NCBI GenBank assembly: GCA_964385045.1
Contig: CAYLNM010000002.1
Location: forward strand, 12,867 to 76,866
Reading direction: 5' to 3'
DNA: 64,000 nt
DNA from: an uncultured Isosphaeraceae bacterium
GTDB taxonomy: Bacteria; Planctomycetota; Phycisphaerae; Phycisphaerales; SM1A02
Shown: positions 19,351-28,055 of the stretch, one piece after another
Position numbering within the stretch: position 1 is the first letter of the stretch
Layout: the number at the start of each line of letters is the position of its first letter
The notes under the pieces: model-generated
The model's database searches: none
What the model saw: the letters and a program-made list of their open reading frames with translations, nothing else
What the model was told of the DNA's origin: nothing
Made by a program: the position numbers and the translations under genes

Positions 19351-21417
19351 TCAGCCCTGCCCGCTGTAGATGGCGAGCTGGCGGCGCCGCATGACGAACC
19401 AGCCGACGAGGAGGGCGAGGCCGCTCCACAGCAGCCCGATGCGGAAGAAGCCCTGGACGACCGCGTCCCAGGAGATCAGCCGGCCCTCCACCAGCAGCTG
19501 GGTCGGCCGGACCCGCCCGAAGGACTCGAGCAGGAAGACCGTGCCCGAGGCGATCGCCTTGATCGTCGACTGCGTCACCCACTGGATCGCCATGCCGGCG
19601 TTGGTCCAGTCCACCATGTCGAAGGGCACGGGCCCGTAGTACTCGAGGCTGCGGGCGAGGAACGGCCCCATGGTGCCGGCGATGAAGATCGTGAAGGCGG
19701 TCAGGCAGGCCACCGGGAAGTTCAGGAACGTCCCGCAGGCGATGCCGAGCATCGCGAGGAAGCCGAGCTTGGTGATGTTGACGATCATCGCCCGGCCGAA
19801 GTTGGCCTCGAAGGTGCTCACGCGGTACAGCAGCTCGAACTCGTCGCCGTCCCAGTTCATTGCGCCGACCACCGAGCCGTCGGGCATCCGCATGCCCTCG
19901 TACAAGTTGGCGACGTCGACCACCAGCGTCCCGTCGTCCTGCACGAACGACGCGGGCACGGTCACGACGTGGGACATCGTGGGCACGTAGGTCCGCTCGA
20001 TGACCAGCTGGTCGTCGCGGTTGAACCGGAAGGCCGCGGGATAGGTCTCGTGCTCGTCCGACCGCATGATGTGGAATCGGTAGCGAAGCGTCAGCATCTC
20101 GTCCGGCTCGAACTGGCGGTCGAGGCCCGTGAAGACGTACTCGCGGCTCCGCTGGGGCGGGATGCTGCGCTGGAGCCGGCTCCACTCGTCGACGACCTGG
20201 ATCGCGAGCTCACGCTGGGTCTCGATCGGCACCGCCTCCATGGTCGAGAGCTGCGGGTCGCGATCGATCCGCTGCTCGACCCGCGCCTGGATCTGCTCGC
20301 CGGTCAGCCGCTCGTAGTCGGGCCGCAGGCCGACCCGGGCGGTGAGCACCGCGTCGCGCACCTGCTGGTAGTCCTCCTGGCCCTCGATGCCCGGGGCCAC
20401 CGGCAGCTGCCGCATGTACTGGACGTAGCCGAAGATCGACAGCGAGGCGATCGCCATGATCACCACGTTGACCGCGACGATGCCGATCCACTTGCCGAGC
20501 AGGTAGGTGCCGCGGCTGATCGGCTTGGCCACGACCTGCCAGATCTGGCGATCGCGGATCTCGAACGCGACCGTCGCGCAGGCGAGGAACAGCGTCATCG
20601 CGGCGGCGAGGTAGAACGTCAGCCCCATCGAGCGGGCGATGAAGGTCTGGATCCGGAATCGCAGCGGCGACTCGGGGTCGAGCCCGAGCGGCAGCAGCGG
20701 GAGCAGCACGAGGATCAGGACGATGAAGACGAGCGGGATGCCGGTCCGGGTCGCCTCCTTCATGACGGTGTGGGCCACCGCCAGCACCCGGTGGGTCGGG
20801 TCGAGGAGGCCCATGACGATACGAGCGAGCAGCAGGTAGGAGAACACGAGGACCACCATCGCGGCCACCGCCCAGCCGAAGGCGGCCTGCCCGACGAGCG
20901 ACGCGAGCCCGAGCGCGATCCCGGCGGCGGCGACCGTGATCACGAACGGCACCGTGCTCGCGCTGGCCACGACCAGCAGCAGCAGTCCGGTGCTGGTGAG
21001 GGCCAGCAGCGTCGTGGTCCGAGGCTGCTCGAGCAGCCAGCGTGGGGCCCACTCGGGGTAGGACGCTCGGAGCAGGACCTCGGCGAGACCCTCCGGGAAC
21101 TCGATCGTTCCCGCGGCGTCGAACATCAGCTCGGCCTGCTCGGCGAGCATCTCGTCGCCGTAGGTGACGCCGCCCACCTCGATCACGCCCCGCTCGGCCA
21201 ACGCCACCGCGATCGGATCGCCCTCGGACAGGCTCTGGCCGCTCAGCGCCTCGATGAGCTCGCCGCGGCGCTGCGCGATGTCGCGCGACTCGAGGATGAG
21301 CCGCCCCCAGGTGAAGCCCGAGGCGACGACCACCAGCACCGCGGCCGCGATCATGAAGCCGCGGGTGCGCTGGCGGGCGTCGAGTCGTCGGTACCAGGCC
21401 TTCAGACGCTCGATCAC
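19351..21417 (-). CDS. ABC-2-type permease-like membrane protein with large extracytoplasmic insert
   Basis: GTG at 21417 overlaps the ATPase stop (GTGA). It has multiple TM segments and the ABC-2-like motif EIRDRQIWQVVAKPISRGTYLLGKWIG. A soluble insert of about 250 aa precedes the C-terminal TM bundle. Confidence 0.75.
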   Translation of the reverse strand: MIERLKAWYRRLDARQRTRGFMIAAAVLVVVASGFTWGRLILESRDIAQRRGELIEALSGQSLSEGDPIAVALAERGVIEVGGVTYGDEMLAEQAELMFDAAGTIEFPEGLAEVLLRASYPEWAPRWLLEQPRTTTLLALTSTGLLLLVVASASTVPFVITVAAAGIALGLASLVGQAAFGWAVAAMVVLVFSYLLLARIVMGLLDPTHRVLAVAHTVMKEATRTGIPLVFIVLILVLLPLLPLGLDPESPLRFRIQTFIARSMGLTFYLAAAMTLFLACATVAFEIRDRQIWQVVAKPISRGTYLLGKWIGIVAVNVVIMAIASLSIFGYVQYMRQLPVAPGIEGQEDYQQVRDAVLTARVGLRPDYERLTGEQIQARVEQRIDRDPQLSTMEAVPIETQRELAIQVVDEWSRLQRSIPPQRSREYVFTGLDRQFEPDEMLTLRYRFHIMRSDEHETYPAAFRFNRDDQLVIERTYVPTMSHVVTVPASFVQDDGTLVVDVANLYEGMRMPDGSVVGAMNWDGDEFELLYRVSTFEANFGRAMIVNITKLGFLAMLGIACGTFLNFPVACLTAFTIFIAGTMGPFLARSLEYYGPVPFDMVDWTNAGMAIQWVTQSTIKAIASGTVFLLESFGRVRPTQLLVEGRLISWDAVVQGFFRIGLLWSGLALLVGWFVMRRRQLAIYSGQG

Positions 21418-22682
21418 CGGCGGTCCTCCTCCCCGGCGTCATCGTCCCGCCGGCGATCGGTCTCGTCCCCGTCGCTCCCGCTCCCCCCGCCGCCGAGCAG
21501 CGAGTCGATGACGGTGCGGTCGACCTCGGGCGTGGACGCCCCGGACTCGCCTCGGACCTCGGCCGCCCGTGGGGCCGGCTCCGGTCGATCGGACATCAGC
21601 TCCTCGAGCACCGCCCCGCCGGCCTCCTCCTCCCGGAGGGCCGCCTCGCGGGCGGCCCGGGAGCGATCGACCTCGACCGCCCGGGCCTGCTGCTCGCGGG
21701 GCGCGGTGACGAGCTCCTCGATCAGCTCGCCCGCCTCCGCCGGCTCGCCGTCCTCGCCGCGGAGGAAGGCCGCGGTCTCGCCGCCCGCGGTCGCGCCGCT
21801 GGTGGCCACCTGCTCGGCCCGAGCCCGCTCGACGATGTCGAGGAACAGGTCCTCGAGGCGCTGCCGGGGGGCGTCCACCGCCTCCACGTCCACGCCCGCC
21901 GACGCGAGGGCGGCGCGGACGCGGACGAGCGTCGCCTCGTCGAGCCGCGGGGTGCGGATCACGGTGTGGGCGGCGTCCTGCAGCAGGTCGCCGGTGGGCC
22001 CCTCGGCCCGGATGCGGCCGCCGTAGAGCATCACCATGCGGTCGCACACGTCCTCGACGTCGGCGAGCAGGTGCGACGAGAGCAGGATGGTCTTGCCGCG
22101 ACGCCGCAGCTCGAGCATCAGGTCCTTGACCTGCCGGGTGCCGATCGGGTCGAGGCCCGAGGTCGGCTCGTCGAGGATCAGCAGCTCGGGGTCGTTGATC
22201 AGGGCCTGGGCGATCCCGATGCGGCGGGTCATGCCCTTGGAGAACTCCCCCACCGCCCGGTGGGCCATGTGGGTGAGGCCGACCATCTCCAGCAACTCGC
22301 CCGTGCGCCGCTTCCGCGTGCGGCGGTCGAGGCCGAAGAGCTTGCCGTAGTAGTCGAGGGTCTCGGACGCGGTGAGGTACCGGTAGAGGTACGACTCCTC
22401 GGGCAGGAACCCGATGTGCTTCTTGACCGCCACGTCGGTGGGCAGCTTGCCGAAGACGGTCAGGCGGCCCCCGGTCACGTTGAGCAGCCCGAGGATCATC
22501 TTGATCGTGGTCGACTTGCCCGAGCCGTTGGGCCCGAGGAGCCCGAAGATCTCGTTGGGGTGGATCTCGAAGTCGATGCCGTCGACCGCCCGCGCCTTCT
22601 CCCGCATCCAGAAGTCGCGGAAGACCTTGGTCAGGCCGACGGCCTGGACGAGGGGGGTGCGCTCGGGAGTGGGGCTGACCAT
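21414..22682 (-). CDS. ABC transporter ATP-binding protein with acidic C-terminal tail
   Basis: Walker A GPNGSGKSTT, signature FSKGMTRRIGIAQAL, Walker B LLILDEPTSGLD, H-loop LSSHLL. The last 120 aa or so are Glu/Asp/Ala-rich. Confidence 0.92.
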   Translation of the reverse strand: MVSPTPERTPLVQAVGLTKVFRDFWMREKARAVDGIDFEIHPNEIFGLLGPNGSGKSTTIKMILGLLNVTGGRLTVFGKLPTDVAVKKHIGFLPEESYLYRYLTASETLDYYGKLFGLDRRTRKRRTGELLEMVGLTHMAHRAVGEFSKGMTRRIGIAQALINDPELLILDEPTSGLDPIGTRQVKDLMLELRRRGKTILLSSHLLADVEDVCDRMVMLYGGRIRAEGPTGDLLQDAAHTVIRTPRLDEATLVRVRAALASAGVDVEAVDAPRQRLEDLFLDIVERARAEQVATSGATAGGETAAFLRGEDGEPAEAGELIEELVTAPREQQARAVEVDRSRAAREAALREEEAGGAVLEELMSDRPEPAPRAAEVRGESGASTPEVDRTVIDSLLGGGGSGSDGDETDRRRDDDAGEEDRR

Positions 22683-22754
22683 GGGTCGCTCCGGTCGGTT
22701 CGTCCGCCGGCGGCGCGGGCCGCGTCCGCGCGGGCGGGTCGGGGACGGACGGCC

Positions 22755-24347
22755 TCAGCCGTCGAAGGTGGCACCGCGATCGAGCTGGCGACCGGGACGG
22801 CGCTCGAGCTGCCGCTCCATGCCCTCGGCGCCCTGCAGGAACGGCAGCGAGCCGCCGAAGCCGCGCATGGACTCCCGCTCGGCCCGGTCGAGATCCGCGT
22901 CGCGGCGACGCCGCTGGATCTCCTCGTTGCCGCTCAGCATCAGCCGGAACGTGTTGAGCGAGTCCGGCACCTGGATCACCTCGGTGTCGCTCGGCCGCAG
23001 GATGCGGGCGTAGGCCTGCGCCCACTCGCGGTTGATCACGAGCTCCGGGTTCCGCAGGTACGAGTCGAGCAGCTCCTGGTACGCCAGGTACTGCTGGCCG
23101 AGCGTCGCCTCGATGAAGCTGCGTCGGGCCCGGGCCTGCTCGATGAAGAGCGCGATCTGGCCCGACTTGCCGCGATCCTCGAGCAGCGCGTCGATCTCGG
23201 CGAGGATCGACTCCGCCTCCGGCGTCTCCGCGGTCGGATCGGCCGTCTCGTACGCGTCGATGAGGTTGAGCAACTCGCGGTAGTTCTCGCCCGCGACCTC
23301 GATGAGCGTCGCCTCGGCGAGCTGCCGGGCGTTCTCGAGGTCGCGCTCGACGTTCTGCCGCCGCTGCTGCAGCTCCCGCTGGGCCCGCACGATCGCGAGG
23401 GCGGGGACCGGATCGGTGGGGGTCGAGAGCTCCGAGATCCGGATCCCGGTGTCGATCCCCTCGCGGCCGAGGAAGTCCTCCGCGTCGCGCCGGATGTCCT
23501 CGCGCTCCTGGTCGGTGAAGTCCACGAGCGACTCGAGGTCGAGCCCCGCGGCGGTGTGCACGGCGGCCCGCATGACCGACAGCTTCACCGCCCGGTCCGC
23601 GTCGAGCCCCGCGGTGTCGGGGTCGCCCTCGACGAGGGGGGCGTTCGCCACCGCCTCCACGAACGACACCGGATCGAGCACGTCGTAGGTGGCCCGCAGC
23701 TGCAGGTGGGCGATGTCGCCGCCCGCGGTGAGGACGTAGCCGGTGCCGAGTCCGTCGCGGTTCGGGCCGGGACGGATGATCTGGTTCGCGACCGCGTCGT
23801 CCACCGCATCGTCGAACGTGGCCGCGGTGATCCGCGGCCAGAAGTCGCGGGTGAGGTCCACCTCGCGGTTGCGGTCGCGAAAGATCACGAACTCGCCCGC
23901 CGGATACGGCAGCACGCTGAACTGGGCGCCCGGCTCGAGGGCCTGCTGGCCCGGCTCGCCCACGATCGCGCCGAATCGGAGCATGACGCCCGACTGGGTC
24001 TGCTCGACGCGGGTCACGCCGGAGAAGACGAAGACCACGACGAGGGCCACGATGACGACCTGCAGGACGCGGTAGCTGAGTCGCAGGGCCTCGCGCAGCG
24101 ACTGATTGGCCGGGTCCATCGCCTCGCGGAGGCCGGCTCGCGAGCCGACCTCGGCGTCGACGAGGAACTCCGCCGACGCCGCCCGACGCGGCATCTCCGG
24201 CTCGAGCTCCGGATCGCGCTCCTCGAGCACGTCGCCCGCGCTCGGTCCGGCCGGTCGCTCGTCCTCGGGCCGGTCCGCCGGACGGCCGCCGGGGTCGCCG
24301 CGGCCGGGGGTCCCGGGGGTGCCGGGGGTGGTGGGATCGTCGGCCAT
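22755..24347 (-). CDS. SPFH/band-7 protein (HflK-like) with disordered N-tail
   Basis: Pro/Gly/Asp-rich N-terminus, one TM segment (VLQVVIVALVVVFVFSGV), then the SPFH onset VEQTQSGVMLRFGAIVGEP and a coiled-coil C-terminal half. Confidence 0.75.
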   Translation of the reverse strand: MADDPTTPGTPGTPGRGDPGGRPADRPEDERPAGPSAGDVLEERDPELEPEMPRRAASAEFLVDAEVGSRAGLREAMDPANQSLREALRLSYRVLQVVIVALVVVFVFSGVTRVEQTQSGVMLRFGAIVGEPGQQALEPGAQFSVLPYPAGEFVIFRDRNREVDLTRDFWPRITAATFDDAVDDAVANQIIRPGPNRDGLGTGYVLTAGGDIAHLQLRATYDVLDPVSFVEAVANAPLVEGDPDTAGLDADRAVKLSVMRAAVHTAAGLDLESLVDFTDQEREDIRRDAEDFLGREGIDTGIRISELSTPTDPVPALAIVRAQRELQQRRQNVERDLENARQLAEATLIEVAGENYRELLNLIDAYETADPTAETPEAESILAEIDALLEDRGKSGQIALFIEQARARRSFIEATLGQQYLAYQELLDSYLRNPELVINREWAQAYARILRPSDTEVIQVPDSLNTFRLMLSGNEEIQRRRRDADLDRAERESMRGFGGSLPFLQGAEGMERQLERRPGRQLDRGATFDG

Positions 24348-24350
24348 CGG

Positions 24351-25322
24351 TCAGTTCCCCGTCCGCTCGGCGGTGGTCGCGGGGGCAGCGGGTGCCCCGA
24401 CCCCGCGATCGGGCTGCGGCACCGCGTCCTCGCGGCCCGCGACCCGCGTCGAGTCGATCAGGTGCCACGGGGCGGCGTCCGCCGGCAGGATGATGGTGGT
24501 GCGGTTGTTGAGCGAGGCTTCGAGGGTGTCGAGCCACGCGAGGAAGATCGCGAGCTCCTGGTTGCCCCGCATGCCCTCGAGCAGCTCCTTGGCGTATCGG
24601 GCCGCGGCGCCCTCGATCTCGCGGGCCCGTCGGTTGGCGAAGCTGCGGATCTTGTCCGCCTCGGTGTTGGCCCCGGCGATGAGGTTCTGCTGGGCGGCCT
24701 GGCCCTTGCGGTTCTCCGCCTCGCTGAGGCTGCGGCGCTCGGCCTCCATGCGCTCGACCACCGCCCGGGCGGTGCGCGGGGGCAGCATGAGCTGGCTGAC
24801 GCCCACCGCCACGATCTCGACGCCGCCGTCGGCGGTCTCCTCCGCCATCGCCGCGCGGATCCGGTCCTCGGCTTCCTCGAGCCGGTTCTCGGCCCCGACG
24901 AGCTCGTCGAAGGCGTAGGCCCCGAGCCCGGCGCTGAATGCGGTGCGGAACCGGGTCTGCAACGTCCCGGCCGCCCGCTCGATCGACTCGAACTGGTCGT
25001 AGAAGTCGAGCGGGCCGGACCCGTCGCTCCGCACCCGCCAGAAGAGGAAGCCGCGGGCCACGACCTGCAGGTCGTCGGCGGTCGGCGTCTCCTCGAGCGG
25101 CGTCTCGATCACCTGCAGCCGGGTGTCGAGCTTCGTCACCTGGTCGATGAAGATCGGCCAGCGGAACTTGAGGCCGGAGTCCTCCACCACGCTCGACTCG
25201 TCCACCGATCCGAACGTGGCGCGGATCGCGACCTCGTTGTACTTGACGGTGTACGTCACGCTGAACAGCAGGAACGCGACGAACAGCAGTCCGCCCACGA
25301 TCACGGCAAGGGGCTTGTTCAT
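24351..25322 (-). CDS. SPFH/band-7 protein (HflC-like)
   Basis: ATG at 25322 forms an ATGA overlap with the upstream stop. The N-terminal TM is followed by YNEVAIRATFG, GLKFRWPIFIDQVTKLDTRLQ, VEIVAVGVSQLMLPPRTARAVVERMEAERR and LAIFLAWLDTLEASL, which are collinear with E. coli HflC. Confidence 0.85.
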   Translation of the reverse strand: MNKPLAVIVGGLLFVAFLLFSVTYTVKYNEVAIRATFGSVDESSVVEDSGLKFRWPIFIDQVTKLDTRLQVIETPLEETPTADDLQVVARGFLFWRVRSDGSGPLDFYDQFESIERAAGTLQTRFRTAFSAGLGAYAFDELVGAENRLEEAEDRIRAAMAEETADGGVEIVAVGVSQLMLPPRTARAVVERMEAERRSLSEAENRKGQAAQQNLIAGANTEADKIRSFANRRAREIEGAAARYAKELLEGMRGNQELAIFLAWLDTLEASLNNRTTIILPADAAPWHLIDSTRVAGREDAVPQPDRGVGAPAAPATTAERTGN

Positions 25323-27406
25323 CAGGGCTGCTCCTCGGTCCCGGCGTCGGGCTCGCCGAGAGCGTCGTAGATCGACGTGAGCGGGTCGATCGTGTTGAAC
25401 TCGAAGTCGATGTCGAGCCGGCCGGGATCGATGGCCAGCACGTACTTGTTGATCCCACCCATGTTCCGGCGGTAGACCGCCATCTCCTCGAGGACGCGGT
25501 AGAGATCGGGCGCCGCCTCGTAGGGCAGCGTCTCGCTCTCGATCCGGGCCACCTGGGCCCGGGCATCCATGATCTGGACGAGCCCGCCGGAGGAGGCCTG
25601 CGCGAGCGTGAGCGCCGCGTCGCCCCCGGACTGCATGATGAGCGACTCCGCCGCGGCCAGCGCCGCCTGCGTCTCGGGATGATCCGATCCGTGGACGTCG
25701 AGCGCCGCCTCGTAGGCGTCGATCGCCTCGATCACCGGGTCGGCGTTCGCGGGATCGCCGATGATCCCGGCGAGGCCGGAGACGACCTGCTGCTCGCCGC
25801 CGACGACGCGCTGGCGTCGTCGCTGGACCGCCACCGAGTACTCCTCCCAGGCCCGGGCGGCATCGCCGTGGGGGCGGAGGAGGGGGATCGTCACCGCGTT
25901 GAGCTCGATCCCGCTCTCGGCCGCGTCGAAGGCGGACTGGATCCGCTCGCGAAGGTCCCGCGCGAGCTCGAGGCGGTTCGACGCCAGCACCTCGCCGAGG
26001 GTCATGCTCCGCATCTGGGCGGAGACCTCGCGGAGCGCCATGGCCTTGAGGGCCCGCTCGCGGTCGTCGAGGTCCTGTCGTCGCCGGTCGACGTCGGGGA
26101 CGAACCGCAGCAGGTCCATGAGCCCGCCGTCCTCGCGGATGTGGTACTGCAGGATGATCTCGGCGTCGACGAGGCTCAGGAGCTCGGCCGGCCCCTGCTG
26201 CCCCACGTCCCCCGTGCCCTGCACCACGAACGGATCGAGCGGGGCGTCGAAGAAGCGGCCGAGGTCGTTGAAGAACAGCTGCACGTCCGGCGGCACCACC
26301 TGCCGCGAGGTCAGGTGCAGCTCGCGGACGTCCGAGACGTCGAACCGCTCGGCCGACTGGAGGGGCCACGGCAGCTTGAGCATGATCCCGGAGCGGGCCG
26401 GCTGCTCGGACACCAGCGAGCCGGCCGAGAGCCGGATCGCCTGCTGGTTCGGCTCCACCACCACCATCGTGCTCAGGATCAGCACCACCGCCGCCGCGGT
26501 GGCGCCGAGGCCGGCCACGCTCCGCGTCAGGAGTCGGTAGCCCCAGGACGAGGTGATGTCGAAGCCGAACTGATAGTTCACCGCGTCGTTGATGGTCCGG
26601 ACGATGTTGTCCGGGGCCGCGACGAGGCTCAGGAGCTTGGAGTCGAACGCCGGCCGCGGCACCTCGCCGGGCACCCGCGGGCGGTAGACGTTCAGGATGA
26701 AGTTGAGGACGACCTCCGCCGCGAGCACGAAGAGGTACCACGGCAGGGCCGCGTCGATCCAGCCGATCACCTCGTCGTTGTCGAAGAAGCGGAAGACGAT
26801 GCCCACCGCGACCGCGAGGGTCACGATCGAGATGCCGACCATCGCCGAGGCGCCGCCGCGGAGGTTCTGCCACGCCTCCTGCTTGGCCATGCCGGCGACG
26901 AAGCGGGAGAAGATGAACGCGATCCCGGCGAAGCCGAGGCAGATCGCCACCGCCCAGCCGCGGAGGTCGGTGAGCTGGGCGTCCTTCGCGCCGCTCGCGA
27001 TCGCCTGCAGGTCGCGGAGGATCAGCAGGCCGACCCCCACGAGGGCCAGGGCGACCACGATCGAGAGCACCGGCATGAAGATCTGGTGCATCCGCTGCAG
27101 GCGGCGGGCGGCGACGCGGGTCTCGGTCCCCTCGCGCTCGAAGACCGACGCGGCGTCGCCGCGGCCGGCGGCGAGCTCGTCCTCTTCGAGCGCCTCGAGC
27201 CGCTCGAGCTTGTGCTGGTGGAACAGGGCGGTCAGGCCACCCCAGGGCAGGAGCCCCAGCAGCACCACGAACGAGGCGTGGAGGAACGGGGTGTCGTCGG
27301 CGAGGAGGCCGAACATCAGCATCGTCAGGCCGATGGCCGCCTGGACGAGGAGCCCGACTCCGGCCACCCGGGTCGCTTGCTGGTATGCGTGGTGGTCGAT
27401 GCGCAT
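25322..27406 (-). CDS. Polytopic membrane protein fused to a C-terminal SPFH/band-7 domain
   Basis: 694 aa. There are six to seven hydrophobic segments in the first 300 aa or so. An SPFH-like region follows (VVVEPNQQAIRLSAG..., ILQYHIRE, GIELNAVTIPLLRP), then a helical tail. Confidence 0.75.
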   Translation of the reverse strand: MRIDHHAYQQATRVAGVGLLVQAAIGLTMLMFGLLADDTPFLHASFVVLLGLLPWGGLTALFHQHKLERLEALEEDELAAGRGDAASVFEREGTETRVAARRLQRMHQIFMPVLSIVVALALVGVGLLILRDLQAIASGAKDAQLTDLRGWAVAICLGFAGIAFIFSRFVAGMAKQEAWQNLRGGASAMVGISIVTLAVAVGIVFRFFDNDEVIGWIDAALPWYLFVLAAEVVLNFILNVYRPRVPGEVPRPAFDSKLLSLVAAPDNIVRTINDAVNYQFGFDITSSWGYRLLTRSVAGLGATAAAVVLILSTMVVVEPNQQAIRLSAGSLVSEQPARSGIMLKLPWPLQSAERFDVSDVRELHLTSRQVVPPDVQLFFNDLGRFFDAPLDPFVVQGTGDVGQQGPAELLSLVDAEIILQYHIREDGGLMDLLRFVPDVDRRRQDLDDRERALKAMALREVSAQMRSMTLGEVLASNRLELARDLRERIQSAFDAAESGIELNAVTIPLLRPHGDAARAWEEYSVAVQRRRQRVVGGEQQVVSGLAGIIGDPANADPVIEAIDAYEAALDVHGSDHPETQAALAAAESLIMQSGGDAALTLAQASSGGLVQIMDARAQVARIESETLPYEAAPDLYRVLEEMAVYRRNMGGINKYVLAIDPGRLDIDFEFNTIDPLTSIYDALGEPDAGTEEQP

Positions 27407-27667
27407 GGGCGTACGGTTCCCATCCGCTCGCGGGAGGGCGGCGGCGGCGGGCGGTCCGGGCGTCCGGACCCGAACCCCGCGCGAACGCGACGCCGGGCGA
27501 CGAGCCGATCGTCACCCGCGAGCGAGCCGAGGATGGTACGCGGAACGGCCGCTCGGAAGCGTCGTCCGCGGAGGGTGACCCGCCCGTCGAGATGGGCACG
27601 CGGGGCGAGCCGGGAAGAGATGACCGGCGTCGGGGACGGACCCCGAACATCCGGCACCGTGGATACG

Positions 27668-27673
27668 TAGACT
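27668..27673 (+). promoter_or_regulatory. Candidate -10 hexamer TAGACT in the divergent 650-bp spacer
   Basis: gatacgTAGACTtcgccg is oriented toward the ABC-2 permease gene at 28056, 383 nt downstream. Confidence 0.3.
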
Positions 27674-28055
27674 TCGCCGATCCGGGTTCGCGTCCCCCGA
27701 GGAATTCGCGGCCGCCTGATCCCGGTTCGCCACTTCTCCCCGCCCGCCGCCCCGGGGCCGTTCGGCCGACCGGCGGGCTCGCTACCCTCCGCGGTCCGCG
27801 GAGCCCGTCGCGCACGGGCCGTCCCGCTCCCGCCCGTCCCCGCCCCGCTCCCACGCGGCCCGTTCGTCGCCGGGGCGCCCCGGCGGCTCCCCCGCGAGCG
27901 GCGACGTCTCCGGACCCGTCGCGGGCGGGGCCCGCCCGGCTCCCCGGAGCCCGACCCGGCCGATCCGGCCCCGCTCGGGACGCCCCCGCTGCCTCCGCCT
28001 CCGTTCGCCCCCCGCGGCCGCGCTCGCACCGGCCCCGAGCCCCCCGGACTCCCAC

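Noticed and set aside
21439-25566. 1375-aa minus-strand ORF. Also the upstream two-thirds of the 1619-aa ORF 24351..29210.
   Set aside because: These are out-of-frame or extended readings over the real SPFH and ABC genes. Their composition is Arg/Pro/Gly-dominated. Only the last 323 codons of 24351..29210 (from ATG 25322) show an SPFH sequence.
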